Shown here piece by piece: positions 62,097 through 62,555 of a DNA stretch of 62,555 bases. This DNA comes from Actinomycetota bacterium (GTDB lineage: Bacteria; Actinomycetota; Acidimicrobiia; IMCC26256; PALSA-610). The DNA is taken from positions 1 through 62,555 of the forward strand of contig SXIR01000051.1 in the NCBI GenBank assembly GCA_005772765.1, in the 5' to 3' direction. The notes beneath the pieces are model-generated. The model worked only from the letters and a program-made list of their open reading frames with translations. It searched no databases and was not told the origin of the DNA. The translations under genes and the position numbers were made by a program. Position 1 is the stretch's first letter. Every line of letters starts with the position of its first letter.

Positions 62097-62555
62097 ATGC
62101 AGACCATCGATCACTGGATCAACGGCACCCGCCAGACCGGTGCCTCCGGGCGCACAGGCCCCGTCTTCGACCCGGCCACGGGCGAACAGCGCAGCGAAGT
62201 CGGCCTCGCCAGCGTCGATGAGGTCAACGCGGCCGTCGCCGCCGCGGCGGCCGCCTTCCCGGCCTGGCGCGCCACCAGCCTGAGTCGCCGCGCCGAGATT
62301 TTGTTCCAGGCGCGTGCGCTCCTCGCCGAACGTCGACTCGAGTTGGCACAGGTCATCTCAGCCGAACATGGCAAGGTCGTCTCCGACGCATTGGGCGAGG
62401 TTGCCCGGGGCCTCGAGAACGTCGAGTTCACCTGTGGGATCCCCCACCAGCTGAAGGGCGGACACACCGAACACGCCCCGGGCGGGGTCGACCTCTACAC
62501 CAATTCCCAACCCCACCGGGTCGTCGTCGGCATCAACCCGGACAACAGTGCCGCC
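62097..62555 (+). CDS. mmsA: CoA-acylating methylmalonate/malonate-semialdehyde dehydrogenase, N-terminal 153 aa (runs off the window)
   Basis: MQTIDHWINGT...FDPATGEQ...VDEVNAAVAAAAAAFPAWR...EHGKVVSDALGEVARGLENVEFTCGIPHQLKG. Frame 3 stays open to the window end. This ORF is not in the supplied track because it has no stop. Confidence 0.8.
   Translation, partial: MQTIDHWINGTRQTGASGRTGPVFDPATGEQRSEVGLASVDEVNAAVAAAAAAFPAWRATSLSRRAEILFQARALLAERRLELAQVISAEHGKVVSDALGEVARGLENVEFTCGIPHQLKGGHTEHAPGGVDLYTNSQPHRVVVGINPDNSAA

Noticed and set aside
1-62555. Mobile elements, prophage or genomic island signatures
   Set aside because: No transposase, integrase, recombinase, tRNA attachment site or phage structural gene was recognised in any frame. 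Apart from short intergenic A/T-rich patches, the composition looks uniform.

Overview
High-GC (roughly two-thirds G+C by eye), gene-dense chromosomal segment. I call about 70 protein-coding genes. I recognised no rRNA, tRNA, CRISPR array, transposase, integrase or phage genes. WhiB, PdtaS, a class-E-like sortase, ArsA/Get3-like ATPase pairs and many apparently leaderless genes point to Actinomycetota. A complete System I (ccm) cytochrome c maturation operon and a mitochondrial-type aconitase suggest a deep, possibly Acidimicrobiia-like lineage (inference only). Gene order: sucA 3' end, dapA, TauE exporter, UDG, lipid kinase, an AbiEi/DUF559 gene bracketed by two copies of a palindromic repeat, GDPD, whiB convergent with pdtaS, a translationally coupled S8/FG-GAP subtilase + two ArsA-like ATPases + pdtaS unit, mrp, a SufR-like regulator + cysteine desulfurase, a tail-anchored 11-residue-repeat protein, an overlapped gntR-acn-ybaK-adenine MTase-trmO-like operon, sulfatase-like protein, LLM oxidoreductase, permease-USP fusion, Rrf2 + SUOX-like oxidoreductase, cyclophilin, ccmABCDEFGHI, sortase, Ser/Thr dehydratase, an epimerase/two-component system/GT-C/GT2 envelope cluster, a TetR-carotenoid oxygenase-SnoaL-SDR operon, crotonase plus a truncated crotonase remnant, a DUF5317-like protein and two HD-domain membrane paralogs carrying perfect in-frame tandem repeats, GT4-folP, aldo-keto reductase, CGNR + TetR regulators, mocR-coaA, DUF2064 and the mmsA 5' end. 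The most interesting candidates are: (i) the DUF5317/HD/degenerate-HD membrane module with three repeat features; (ii) a conserved 33-bp operator shared by mocR-coaA and mmsA; (iii) an orphan D12 adenine methyltransferase embedded between tRNA-related genes; (iv) System I ccm in an actinobacterial context; (v) an Arn-like envelope glycosylation cluster with an embedded two-component system. All start codons were picked by eye from the sequence. Family assignments rest on motif recall, not on searches.
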